DNA of 64,000 nucleotides from Malacoraja senta (GCA_038087875.1 JAXLNO010005984.1:1-64000); one strand, 5' to 3'; numbered from the stretch's first letter, positions 1 through 12,004 are shown. The notes: generated from the letters alone by a model not told the origin. Numbers and translations: made by a program.

Positions 1-417
1 GGGAATGCATGCATCACTGGCTGCATTAAAGGGAATGCATGCATCACTGGCTGCATTAAAGGGAATGCATGCATCACTGTCTGCATTAAAGGGAATGCAT
101 GCGTCACTGGCTGCATTAAAGGGAATGCATGTGTCACTGGCTGCATTAAAGGGAATGCATGCATCACTGGCTGCATTAAAGTGAATGCATGCATCACTGG
201 CTGCATTAAAGGCAATGCATGCATCACTGGCTGCATTAAAGGGAATGCATGCGTCACTGGCTGCATTAAAGGGAATGCATGCATCACTGGCTGCATTAAA
301 GGGAATGCATGCATCACTGGCTGCATTAAAGGGAATGCATGCATCACTGGCTGCATTAAGGGGAATGCATGCATCACTGGCTGCATTAAAGGGAATGCAT
401 GCATCACTGGCTGCATT
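1..417. repeat. 30-bp minisatellite, about 14 copies of GGGAATGCATGCATCACTGGCTGCATTAAA, running off the window start
   Basis: Tandem units directly visible with 0-2 substitutions each; explains the repetitive ORFs GNACITGCIK and MHASLAALKG. Confidence 0.98.
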
Positions 418-454
418 GCTGCCACCCGCTGCATGACAGCGCTTTTATCCTTAC

Positions 455-625
455 CTGCTCTTCACAGCTGGATTCCCGCACAACTTCCGGTCGGGTGGCG
501 AACCTCTTGTCCACAAAGGCGCTTCCGGGGAAAGGGGGGACGCTTTAGACCGGCGCACCGGCGCTGGCAAAGTGGGACGGCGGATCTCAGGCGTCCGGGT
601 GGAGGGCGAAACGCCGCAGTTATGG
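455..625 (-). promoter_or_regulatory. CpG-island promoter and probable non-coding first exon of a minus-strand gene lying left of the window
   Basis: CpG-dense unique DNA, two ETS/GABP-type CCGGAAG motifs, and a consensus donor CAG|GTAAGG on the minus strand at 455/454. TSS not defined. Confidence 0.6.
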
Positions 626-659
626 TTCCGGGTGTTTTGTTGTTGTTTTTTGGGCATTG

Positions 660-797
660 AGGGTGGAATGGAGAGAACAAAGGAGGGGGGGATGAAGAGA
701 GGGAGAGAGGGAGAGAGAGAGGGATGAGGGAGATAGAGAGAGAGAAGCAGGGAGAGAGAGAGAGGCAGAGAGAAGTATCCACCTCTCCCTCCCTCTC
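660..797. repeat. GA-rich microsatellite / polypurine tract
   Basis: (GA)n and GAGG runs. Confidence 0.9.
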
Positions 798-802
798 TGG
801 TC

Positions 803-1117
803 GTCACGGTGACCCAGCGGTAGAGTTACCGCCTCACGGCGCCAGAGACCCCGGTTCCATCCCGACCACGGGTGCTGTCTGTGCGGTGTTTGCACGTTCT
901 CTCTCCGTGACCTGCGTGGGTTTTCTCCGGGCGCTCTGGTTTTCTATCACACTCCAAAGATGTGCAGGTTTGTAGGTTAATTGGCTTCTGGTAAAGATTG
1001 TAAATTGTCCCCCTGTGTGTGTGTGTAGGATAGTGTTAGTGTGCGGGGATCGCTGGTCGGCACGGACACGGTGGGGCCGAAGGGCCTGTTTCCGTACTGT
1101 ATCTCTAAACTAAACTA
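803..1117 (+). mobile_element. tRNA-derived V-SINE (HE1-like)
   Basis: tRNA-like head with A/B-box-like motifs, V-domain (CTGCGTGGGTTTTCTCCGGG...CTCCAAAGA) and (CTAAA)n tail. Confidence 0.9.
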
Positions 1118-1309
1118 GACTAAACTGGTTGAAGAACATAATTCAAACATCAAGGTGTCAACAAAGTGTAAAATATGTTTTCATTTTATTTGGAAAGGCC
1201 ACTAAAGAAAACAGAGAAAGAGTTGAGTATTGGAGCAATGAGGTCCTTCTGCAGTTGTACAGGGCCCTGGTGACACCACACCTGGAGTATTGTGTGCAGT
1301 TTTGGCCTG

Positions 1310-2671
1310 TTCGCCTTCCTAATCCACCATCATTCCTGTGCCCAAGTCTAACACAACATCCTGCCTCAATGACTACAGACCGATTGCCCTTACATCTGTG
1401 GCCATGAAGTCATTTGAGCGCATTATTCTCGCTCACCTCAAAACCAGCACTTCATCCAACATGGACACACATCAATTCGCATATAGAGCAAACAGGTCAG
1501 TAGAAGACACAGTCAACCTGGCCATCCATCACACTCTGCAACACCTGGAAACTGCCAACACTGACGTCCGCATCCTGTTCATGGACTACAGTTCGGCATT
1601 CAACTCCATCAACCCGGTTAAACTTTTCCATAAATTAACGGACATGAACATTGACCCCTGCGTCTGTCATTGGATCTCTAGCTTCCTTTGGAACAGACAA
1701 CAGAGGGTGAAGATACATAACACCATATCTCACCCTCTGCACCTCAGTACAGGAGCCCCTCAGGGCTGCGTCTTGTCACCCTGGTTATTCTCACTCTACA
1801 CAATTCAACTCACATCCCAGTATAGTTCAGTCAAAATATATAAATACGCAGATGACACAACCATCATAGGTCTCATCTCTAACAACAACGAAACAGAATA
1901 CCGCACTCAAACAAACAAAGCAGATAATAATCTCCTACTCAACACATCAAAAACACATGAACTTATCATTGATCTCAGACGGAAGGCACAACCCAAGACC
2001 CCCCTACTCATCTCTGGCAAACCCATATCCACCACTGACTCATTCAAATTTCTTGGCATTCACATAAGCAATAACCTCAAATGGAAAATCAATTCAGATC
2101 ACATTTATGAAAAAGCCAACCAAAGACTTTTCTTTCTCCGTCAGCTCAAGACGTTCAGAGTGAGGAAACATCTCCTAATCCGATTTTACACAGCCATCAT
2201 CCAAAGCATGCTCACTTCATCAATAACAGTTTGGTACAGCAGTCTAGACACTCACTCCTGTAATAAACTACAGCGCATTGTCAACAAAGCATCCAAAATC
2301 ATCAGTACTCCCCTCCCTATCAATAGATTCACTCAATCTCAAACGGTCTGTGTCAAGGGTGAATAAAATCATTTCTATCCCTCCCACCCAGCTCACCACA
2401 TCTTCCACCCGCTGCCGTCAGGAAGGCGCTACAGCTCACTGCCCGCCAAAACATCACGATTTGAAAACCGTTTCTACCCATATGCAATTCGAAATCTGAA
2501 CACGCTATGACAACATCACATAGCCACCTCGTGCATGTACTGTATACTGTATGTTGTTGTGTTTTATGTTATGTTTGACAGGAATCAGCCTATTGTGTAA
2601 CATCCTGTACTGAACATGAATTCCACCAGCTTGACTGTGTGGTCATTAAATAATCTGAATCTGAATCTGAA
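1310..2671 (+). mobile_element. 5'-truncated Rex1/Babar-like LINE (RT C-terminal part)
   Basis: ORF 1338-2366 with [24 protein letters not shown] and YADD motifs; (CTGAAT)n tail at about 2651-2671. Confidence 0.92.
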
Positions 2672-2789
2672 TAACAAGAGGAGTTGAGTACAGGAGCAAA
2701 GAGGTCCTTCTGCAGTTGTACAGGGCCCTGGTGAGACCACACCTGAAGTATTGTGTGCCCGCACACATGCACGCCCTCCACCCGCGCGT

Positions 2790-3217
2790 GTGTGAACGGG
2801 CGATTCATCCCCAACAACACTGCTCCGGATGGGTCAGTGTCAAGAGCCCTAGCAGGTCTCACCTCTCTGTCTATCGAATTGGCTGAGAACTCTGGAGTAG
2901 ACAACTCCTGGACTGGGTTTCTAGAATCCTGGTTTGGGAAATGGAAGCACATCTTTACCTCAGCTCTAACATCAGTTGTAGTCATGGTGGGGTTACTGTG
3001 TTTGTTCGGATGTTGTATCATTCCCTGCGTACGGGGATTGGCTCAGCGATTGATAGAAACAGCCCTGACAAAGAACAGCGCTGCCACCATGATGCCCTTC
3101 AGAACACAGTATAACCAACGAGAGGGGGATAGGGAGGCGAAGAAGCTGCTGCTAGCATTAGAAAAGGAAGATATAGTATAAATCAAAGGTTGCGTAGCAA
3201 AAAAGAAAAGGGTGGAT
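2790..3217 (+). mobile_element. env: ERV env 3' fragment (TM subunit with membrane anchor and tail) plus PPT
   Basis: FIPNNTAPDGSVSRALAGL...ENSG followed by a hydrophobic anchor (VVVMVGLLCLFGCCII); purine tract AAAAAAGAAAAGGGTGGAT before the LTR. Confidence 0.9.
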
Positions 3218-3773
3218 TGTGAGGAAAGAGTTAACAGACATAGTTGATTTATACTAGGGATAGAAAAATGGCTTGGGGTGTCAGCAGAAGCCAGACTGCT
3301 GGTAAAATAGAAAATAACGATATATAGAACAGAGAGAAATTCTAGATAAAAAGTAGCAAATTCAGCAGAAGATTTGAGAAGTAAGTAGAAAGGGAGAAAG
3401 TACATGAGGTCAAACATATCTGTGCATGCCTAATGAACTTACATGAATATGTACACACACCCACTATGACAAGATGTCTCATTTAAATGCACATGCGATG
3501 CATGATATGGGAGGTGTCTTTGACGTCGGGTGGACGTTTCAGGACGTTCTCGTGGGAATGTGGGCTTTATGTTATGATTGGAAGAAGCACAATGGGGAGG
3601 GATGAGGGTGTGACAATGATACCCATGAAATGTATAAAGATAGAAGACATCCCGATCCTCGGTGTGCCTCTAGGGGACATCAGAGGAGGCACCTATTCTG
3701 CAGAATATGATTTAAATAAAAAGCTTCTTTGCCGACTTTGTCTCTAAAAGCGTTTGTGATTTTGCATCTCACA
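3218..3773 (+). mobile_element. ERV 3' LTR (556 bp)
   Basis: TGTGAG...CTCACA inverted termini, TATAAA-like box, AATAAA; 3' 340 bp nearly identical to the LTRs at 27358 and 32963. Confidence 0.95.
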
Positions 3774-4362
3774 CTTATGTATGGCTTAATTGTATTCATG
3801 CATAGTATGATTTGGCTGAATACCACACAAAGGGGTTTTCACTGTATCTAGTTACCCGTGTCAATAATAAACCAACACGTTGTATCTAGCGATTGCAACA
3901 CCCAGTGTTTATTTTAAGCAGGTAGCAAGGTTGTATTAACATTTTCTTTTTGCCTTTGACTACGTGGTGAATGTAAAGATGGGTCATAATGCACTGTATC
4001 TTTACTACTGTTTATTGCTGCCCTAGCTGTCCGTGGTCTGTCACTGGAACCAGAGAGAGAGAGAACTGGGTGGGAAGGTTGTAATTATACCAGTGATGTG
4101 GGGAGTGGTTAGTAGTGGTGAGGTCACTATGTTAAAGGTACATGCACATTTCATCTACAGTGAAGAGCCATCTTTTTTTCCACCGCTGAAGACCTCCTGG
4201 CGCCAGTACAATATTCTGTCGGCGTGGGGCGATTCGGCATTTGCAATACTGAGGATCAGGACATATTTCCAAATCAGAATGGCGGTCAATTTGGATCTTG
4301 ATCTGCAGGTGCTATTTTTACACGGTAGATTTCAAAGGGAGAACAGCACTAATTGCCCGCTT

Positions 4363-4374
4363 GGAAAGCGAAAG
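4363..4374. promoter_or_regulatory. ISRE / IRF-binding element GGAAAGCGAAAG in a small CpG-enriched unique island
   Basis: Matches the GAAANNGAAA IRF consensus; function not shown. Confidence 0.45.
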
Positions 4375-4714
4375 GGTGTTGATTCCACCGTCCAGAGGAA
4401 AATGATTATAATCTTCCATTCAGTGGCCAAAAGTAACACCAGTCCAAATTAGTCATTTTCCCTGCAGCTTCCAAGTTCACGCGAGTCCTACTGTCTGGTC
4501 AAAAAGACGGTGATTCAATTATTATTTGAACAGAGATTGATGGCGGAGGAGTTAGTTTGGTAATGTTATTGAATGTCAAGGCAGTTTACATCTTGCCTAA
4601 TACTACACCTGCAAACAACTTTGCTGACATTCACACATTTCCTAAACATGGAACTCATATCTATACCAACATCTTTGATTTAAATCAGAAAATACAAACA
4701 AAATTCGCAGCAGT

Positions 4715-4880
4715 CGAACGGATGCCTCGCAGCGTCAGAGACCCGGGTTTGATCCCAACTACGGACGCTGTCTGTGTGAACGTCGTACGTGGGTTTTCTC
4801 CGGGCGCTGGTCTCCACCCACATTCCAAACTCGTGCAGGTTTATCAGTTAATTGCCCTCTGTAAATTGCCCCTAGTAAGA
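4715..4880 (+). mobile_element. partial V-SINE
   Basis: GACCCGGGTTTGATCC B-box-like motif and V-domain remnant. Confidence 0.75.
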
Positions 4881-4989
4881 CTGCGTCAAAACGGGCTTTT
4901 CGGCACAGCATGCCCCATCTACATTAGTCCCAACTCCCCACGCTTGGCTCATAACCCTCTAAACCTATCCTATGCATGTACCTGTCCAA

Positions 4990-5570
4990 TTGTCTATTTA
5001 TTGTTATGATAGTACCTGTCTCAACCTCCTCTGGCAGCTCGTTCCATATATCCACCACTCTTTGTGTAAAAATGTTATCCCCAGGTTCCTATTAAATCTC
5101 CACACTCACCCACCTCTCACAGTAAATCTATATCCTCTGGTTCTCGATTCCCCTATTGTGGGCAAAAAACTCATGCGCATTTACCTGATTGATTGCTCAC
5201 ATAATTTTGTAAACCTCTTTCAGATCACCCCATCCTTTTGCACTCTAAGGAATGAAATCCATAACCAGGGGCCACATTTCCAGAACCAGGGACCACAGTT
5301 TAAGAATAAGGAGTAAGCCATTTAGAACGGAGACGAGGAAACACTTTTTCTCACAGAGAGTGGTGAGTCTGTGGAATTCTCTGCCTCAGAGGGCAGTGGA
5401 TGCTTTCAAGAGAGAGCTAGATAGGGCTCTTAAAAATAGCGGAGTCAGGGGATATGGGGAGAAGGCAGGAACGGGGTACTGATTGGGGATGATCAGCCAT
5501 GATCACATTGAATGGCGGTGCTGGCTCGAAGGATCGAATGGCCTACTCCTGCACCTATTTTCTATTGAAA
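4990..5570. mobile_element. CR1 LINE 3' fragments in opposite orientations (about 4990-5250 minus, 5250-5570 plus)
   Basis: CR1 C-terminal motif FFSQRVVSLWNSLP and CR1 3' UTR (GGAGAAGGCAGG...GATCAGCCATGATC). Confidence 0.8.
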
Positions 5571-5829
5571 TCAGAGCCTTCTCAACCTCACCCTCCCTGA
5601 ACATAGACTCAGTGACTTGCAGAACAGTTCAGCATTGGAACAGGCCCTTGGGGCCACACCTTGTGTTCCAAACGTGATGCCAAGTTGAACTAATCTCCTC
5701 CACCAACACATGTTCCATATCCATCCTTTCCCTGCATATCTATGCCTTTCTAAAGACTTAAAATGCCACTATCAAGTCTCCTTGTAAATCTTCTCTGGAC
5801 TCTTTCCAGCTGGTGTGTTAAAAACAACG

Positions 5830-6030
5830 TGCATGAAGAATTCAGTGTGTCAGGCAGCATCTGTGGTGGGAATCGACTGACAACGTTTTGAAGTCACCAG
5901 TCTGAACAAGAGTTCCAGCCTGAAATGTCGTTGGTTCATTCCATCCCACAGATGTTGCCTGACCCACTGTTCCTCCAACAGTTTTGATCAACGATCCAAC
6001 ATCTGCAGTTTCTAGTATCCGCAGAGATCT
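5830..6030. mobile_element. Penelope-derived inverted-repeat element
   Basis: CAGGCAGCATCTGTGG and its complement CACAGATGTTGCCTG flank a degenerate hammerhead-like core. Confidence 0.55.
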
Positions 6031-7699
6031 GTTAACTGTTACCATTCATTTGCCCTATTTTATTACATTTTGTATTACATTTCTGTTAAATTATGTTGCA
6101 GTCTTGGAAATGTTTTCACCTCAGCTGCAAACCTGCGTTCCTAGTGTACATTGCTACTTTAATCATGCTAAATTATGATCACTGCCACCAAAACACCTCA
6201 TCACTACCACTACAATACTACTCCCATCTTGCTGCCAAGCAATACCCACCATTTTCTATACAGTCGCCTTAATACTATTTCTTAAATTAATTTGAGAACC
6301 TCTGCACTCTGCTTCAGTGACAGGTAATATTAAGTGTAAATTCACAACTATTTATTGTTCTGGGGTGGGTTATTTTGCACCATATAAACAGGCCAAAATA
6401 TTTCTCCTTCCGTATCCCTAAGTTTATTTGATATACGATGATGAATACAAAACAATGGATCATTTAAATGTTTACTGTGCTGATGGAGACCATTCATCCT
6501 ATCAGGCCAATGCTACCTCTCTACTGGAGAAAATCACTTGTTCAACCCCAGCCCTTAGACTGTAGTTTTGCATGTTTTTGCTCACAATTAGTTTATCCAA
6601 TTCTCTCTTTGTGATGAAACATAAATAGGATTCGGATCGATGAACGGAGAAAGAAAATTTCAAGGGTACAAATGACTATCTTTATTACATCAAATTACAA
6701 GACAAAGCATTAAAAAAGCAACGAATCTCATGGCTTTCAGCTCAATGTGTTAAATGATAGAAGCCGTGGCAAATACCATCAAGTCTCACAGTCTTCTGCC
6801 CATTAGAGACTCCTATTTATGATGGCTGGTATAGAGATCTTGCGGGCCCAGCCACTGTCCTTCAAAGGTTCTGCATTAAATCAAGCACCGAGCTATTCTT
6901 GCATGTCTCAGAGAAAAGAAAGGTTTAACTTCTCCTTTAGCTACACTAAATATCCTTGTAGGCTGCTCCATAATTTCCCAGTTATTCTAAGTGAGCCCTC
7001 AATCATCTAATTGTTTCCCAAAGCCAGCCTACTTGCTTACCATAAAGTGCAGTTAGCAGAAAATGTCATCATAGGTGAAAACCCCGTTTACCTTTTCCAA
7101 TGCACTAAGGGCATAATGGAGCCAATTACACAACATCTACGTGCCATACACTTGACATTCCAAACGCACGTTGCATATAATTCCTTGTCCGCTCTCAAAC
7201 CCTCCAGCAAAGTGAGCAGCCTCCCTATCCATTCTTCCCATCAAAGATTGATAATTTTCCAGAGCTCCAAGAACTTAATATGTGATTCACCACCCTCTGA
7301 CTCTAGAGATTCCTCCTTATCCCTTTCTAAAGATACATCATGTTATTTTGAGAAATGTGCTTGCCAAGACCATGGCATCTGCAGTTTTAGTCTCCTGATC
7401 TTAGGAAGATTGTTCTTGTTATGGAGGGAGTGCTGTGAAGGTTGATCAGATTTCAGGGATGGGAGGACTAATGTATGAAGGGCGATTTGGGCGATTAGTT
7501 TTACATTGTGATTAGGACCATTCAAAATCAACTACAACATTCTTATGGGTCTGTACAGATTCAAGAGAGTCAAGAGTGTTTTATTGTCATATGTCCCAGA
7601 TAGTACAATGAAATTCTTACTCACTGCAGCACAATGGAATATGTAAACATAGTACATGGTAAACAATATGAAAAACGAGAAAGAGAAAAACAAAATCAG

Positions 7700-7795
7700 T
7701 GTGCACATATATATATATATATATACACACATACTCACAGGTACACACACACACAAACACATATATATGTGTATATATGTACGTATACGTATATT
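7700..7795. repeat. (TA)n/(CA)n compound microsatellite
   Basis: Directly visible. Confidence 0.9.
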
Positions 7796-10249
7796 CAAGA
7801 GGGAAATCCGGTCAGTTCAGGACCCAGTGGTCACAATCTGATGATCAGGCTTCAAGTTGAGATGAAGAGCGATTACTTCTCCCACAGAATGATGAACGTT
7901 GGAATGTTATACCACTGGAAGCAGTTGAACACAGATCATTAAATTTATACAAGGAGTTATATGTTATTTGTATGGTCAAAGGATCAGAGAAATAAAAGGA
8001 TCAAGGTATAAATTTTAGGTCACAATTGATCACATAGAATAATAGTTGAGGCTCAAATGCCTGAATTCCAATTACTTTTATATTCTGCATTTCAACATTT
8101 TTGTATTTATCGTGGCCACATTTCCTCTGCATCGAAGAACATGATAACTGGGATGCTTAAAAGGAACCGAGACCCTAGTGCCAATGCCTTTTTGCAGATG
8201 AATACATTGGTTTGGTGTTCACAAAGCGAGGACAAATCAGAAATAATTTTCTGAACACGCCATCCATTTCTATTTCAATGTGCTTACCCAATAATACTAT
8301 ATTAATCTATATTAAAAAATGTTTGGATAAAATAAACAAAACACGGTCATCGAATGTCCCTGGGTAAGTCATCCACCCCCTGCCCTCCACCCCTTTGAGA
8401 AGTGGCTGAAGGGTGATATTAAAATACATAAAGCTTTTAAATGAATCACTATGGTGAAAACATTTGCACCATAAAATCCAGCATGGAATTCGACAGAGAA
8501 TGCTCCCTCTCCTCCCCTCCCACCCAATACAGGTGAGAATGAGGATCCAGATCAATGAATTGCATTTAGGGGAAGGCTGGGCAAACACAAAAGAGAAAAG
8601 AACAGTCGGTTCTACATTGGAGAATCCAGCATAGACTTGCCAACCATGTTGCAGATCGCATAAGGTGGGAAGAGGCTCATGTGGACCATATGCACCAGTA
8701 TTGGCAGGATAGGCAGAGTGGCCTGTTCCTACACACTTGTCTCCATTACAACCTTGTATTACTTTGACTGCCAATTCATTTTTGATCATTTTGTTCCCAT
8801 TCATTCTTTAAAAAATACAAAATCAACTTTGACGTAAGATAACTGTGATTGATGCTGTTGCAAATAAATGGAGGCCTTACATTTTCTTAACAACAATTTA
8901 ATTTTGCGCCTTGCATATTGTATCTTTCATATTATATCTTGCACATTCCATATATCTTGCCTTTACTTCGCAACATGAAGCCACTATAAAACAGGGTGCA
9001 ATCCAATGTGTTTACTTGGATTTCATGCCAATCTATTTCCCAAAATCTTATACTCAATGGTCTATTCATCAAGCACATTCTACAGGCAACTATTATTAGG
9101 TGAAATCTCAAGAGCAGAACTTGTACCAAATGAGCCACATAAAATGTACTTGATCTCTGTACCACCAGTCACCGTGGATAATTTTATATTCATATGGATG
9201 ATAAATTCTTTGCATTAGATTAGAAATGTACAAAGTACAAACAATCAAGACTTTTGACATCATCAAATAACCAAGCGTTATGTAACAACATTTATTGGTG
9301 CTGTGTCTCAGACTAAATGCAGTGTTAAAACAAAATATATTCTATCCAATAATGACTGTAGCTAATGGAATCTGCAACTAAAAACAGAAGACTGAAAGCA
9401 TTCAATGGCTCAAGCAAAATTATTGGGACAAATGGTTGATGTCACAAATAGGGTCAAGAACCTGCACCAGGCCTGTTAGGGAAGAGGATGGATTGCCAAT
9501 ATATAGCAATCAGGGAGGGATAGGACAGAGGCTGGTAGATCAAACATAGAACCAGGTGGGGAGAGGATAATGGGTAGATGGAAACAGGTAGGAGAGGAGG
9601 AGGGAGAGGTGAACAACAGGAGAATAAACTGTTCAAATGAGACAGAGGTTCACTTGCATCTCTTTCAACTTTCTCTACTGCAATCATTGCTCACACTGTG
9701 GAGAAACTAGCTTAGATGTCAACCATTTTGTACAGCACATCCCTTTGAAGTAAAGATCATCCTGAGATGTGTTGTATGGTATTTTAATACCCCTTCCCAC
9801 TCTCACACTGACCCATCGGTCGTTAACCTTGGGCACAGAAGGTTTTAAGTAAAATATCTGATAATCCACCTGGGTAACTTACAAGCCGATGGTATGAATA
9901 TAAAGTTTTCACATTTCAGCTTATCCATACCACTGGTGTTCATTTGTTCTCCCACAACCACCCATACACCAACATTGCTCCATCTGCCCATCATCCCCTC
10001 CCCAGCTGATTCCACCTGCCACTTACCAGCCTCTGCCCCATTCCTCCTTCAAACTGTTAGAATCTTCCCATCCTCTCCTTCAATTCTAATGCAGTGCCTT
10101 GCCTTGAAATGTTGGTATATGTCATTTGCCTCCACAGATGCTGTTTGACCAAGTACTTCCACTGGCCTTTCTTTAGTCTAAAATTCTTGTTGGAAATAAC
10201 CACAAAGTCTTACTCTATCTATAATTGAAACCATTTAATTGGTGCTTAG

Positions 10250-11240
10250 AGAGCTTTCTAAAATCATCAGGGCGATTGATCAGGATTTATTTTACCCAGG
10301 GTAGGGTAATCAAGAACCAGCAAAAACAGGTTTAAGCAGTGTTCAATGCTAATTTTTTAGGTTTCGGAGCTGTCAAACAGGGGCATTTCAGATTTTTCGG
10401 GGGGGGGGGGGGGCAAGCTAGTCTCCCTAGAGGGTCAAACAAGATTATAGCCTATTACTACATCCCAGTGTATAGCTAGTACATTAAAACATATAATACT
10501 TAATTTAATTATGACAAAATATTGCACGGTTGCACTCACTGATTATCATGAAATATAATTATGAAGCAAGTAAAGAAAAAGACAGTTATCATGTATTTTT
10601 ACAGAGGTGCCGGCAAGACACCGACTCACCCTGACTATCCTGCAGCTCTGGGCCTTCACACACACACACACACTCTCACCCTCACACCCATTCACCTACA
10701 CACACACCCACCCACTCACCCACCCACCAAAGTTCCAGGCTCAGCTCCAGGCCCACAACCACAAACGATGCACACATCACATGGTCTGTCTCTGCTGTAT
10801 CATAGTGTTCCCCTCCTCCTACAGGGAACCTCAGTAGTGATGGGTCTTCCCCTTACCCCTCTTTTAATCAGGTTACCCCGACCACACATCCGCTAGTTAA
10901 AATTCCACGCTGTTTATTTTTTCTTTAACAGAGGTGCCGGATCGGTGCTCAGGTGAGCTCTGGCACCACTGCACCCCTGGGTTTAAGGTGAGGAGGAAGA
11001 TTTAGTAGGAACCTGAGAGGCAACCTTTTCTACTAAGAGGTTACTGGGTGTATGGAATGAGCTGCCAGCGAAGGCAGAATAACAACATTGAAAAGACACT
11101 TGGACAGGTACATGGATAGAACATGTTGAGAGGAATGTGGGCCAAATGCTGGCAAATGTGACTAACCTAAATGTAGCATCTTGTTCAGCTTGGAGCATTA
11201 GGCTGAAGTACCTACTTCCATGCTATATGGCTCCCTGACT
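10250..11240 (+). mobile_element. CR1 3' fragment interrupted by a hAT-type element
   Basis: CR1 3' ORF2/UTR sequence continues across the insertion (AGGTTTAAG|GTGAGGAGG). Confidence 0.75.
10337..10979. mobile_element. 643-bp non-autonomous hAT-like DNA transposon
   Basis: Perfect 8-bp TSD GGTTTAAG at 10329-10336 and 10980-10987; CAG...CTG termini. Confidence 0.8.
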
Positions 11241-11906
11241 CTTTGTTAGATGAACATAAACATGGCAAATGGAGTTTAATAATGGAAAATATGTGCTCAC
11301 ACACTCTGGTAAGAGCAATTCAAAGGAAGCTATTATCTAAATGGAGTGAGATTGCAAAGAGTGGAGTACAAGAGATTCAAGTGCTTAAAGTGCAAAACAA
11401 AAAGCCAGCAGGTAGATGCAGCACACAACGCAGAAGGTGAGTAGCATATTGGCGTTCAAAGTAGGTTACTATTGTAATTATGGTACATGATGTTGTTAAG
11501 GACATATCAGGAGCATTGTGTATAGTTTGGTTCTCAGATTTAAGAAAGGATATATTAATATTGGATATCAGCTAGAAGAGATTTCTGGAATAAGCAAGTG
11601 TTACCTAACCATGAATGGCTGAAATCACTGGTTCTGTGTCCCTTGGAGATGACAAGAAACAGAGTTAACCTTATGAATGTATTAAAGAGGCATGATGTGG
11701 TGGTGAATTGGTGGATAATGCGTGGATATATTCTAAAAGACCAGGGAATTGTGTCTTATGTGGAATAAGCACAGTAAAAGGGTTGAGGCCTCAGTCATAT
11801 CAGTTGTTATCAACATAAATTGCTAGATAGCTCTAATTTGTACAAATGCAGGGCAGTCTATTGAGAATTTCTGTCATGTTTGATAAACTTAATTTAACTC
11901 TTTCCA

Positions 11907-11912
11907 TTTATT
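11907..11912 (-). terminator. polyadenylation signal AATAAA of the MHC class I-like gene
   Basis: About 50 nt downstream of the stop of the terminal exon. Confidence 0.6.
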
Positions 11913-11963
11913 TCAGTTCCTGCATTTTAATCACATCCATGAAATCTTCTACTCAGCGATTGG

Positions 11964-12004
11964 TTAGCAGTGCACGTTCTGCTTTGGTTGAATATTTTGA
12001 TAAT
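11964..12004 (-). CDS. terminal cytoplasmic-tail exon of the MHC class I-like gene: (D)YQNIQPKQNVHC*
   Basis: Strong acceptor (CTAAT branch-like motif, TTTAATTTCCCTCCTCAG|AT); phase 1 matches the TM exon (G+AT=Asp); TAA at 11966-11964; AATAAA at 11912-11907. Confidence 0.75.

Noticed and set aside
181-660. Cys-rich repeat ORF (GNACITGCIK)n resembling a metallothionein or keratin-associated protein
   Set aside because: Open only because the satellite unit is 30 bp; also open in another frame; no Kozak ATG or exon structure.
803-900. tRNA-like sequences at SINE heads throughout the window
   Set aside because: They continue into V-domain and LINE-like tails and lack a full cloverleaf; SINEs, not tRNA genes.
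8307-8804. 165-aa minus-strand ORF with a hydrophobic patch, and a strong acceptor at 8576 giving xFP*
   Set aside because: No domain similarity and no nearby poly(A) signal; the 12004 exon explains the gene end better. At most a minor alternative end.
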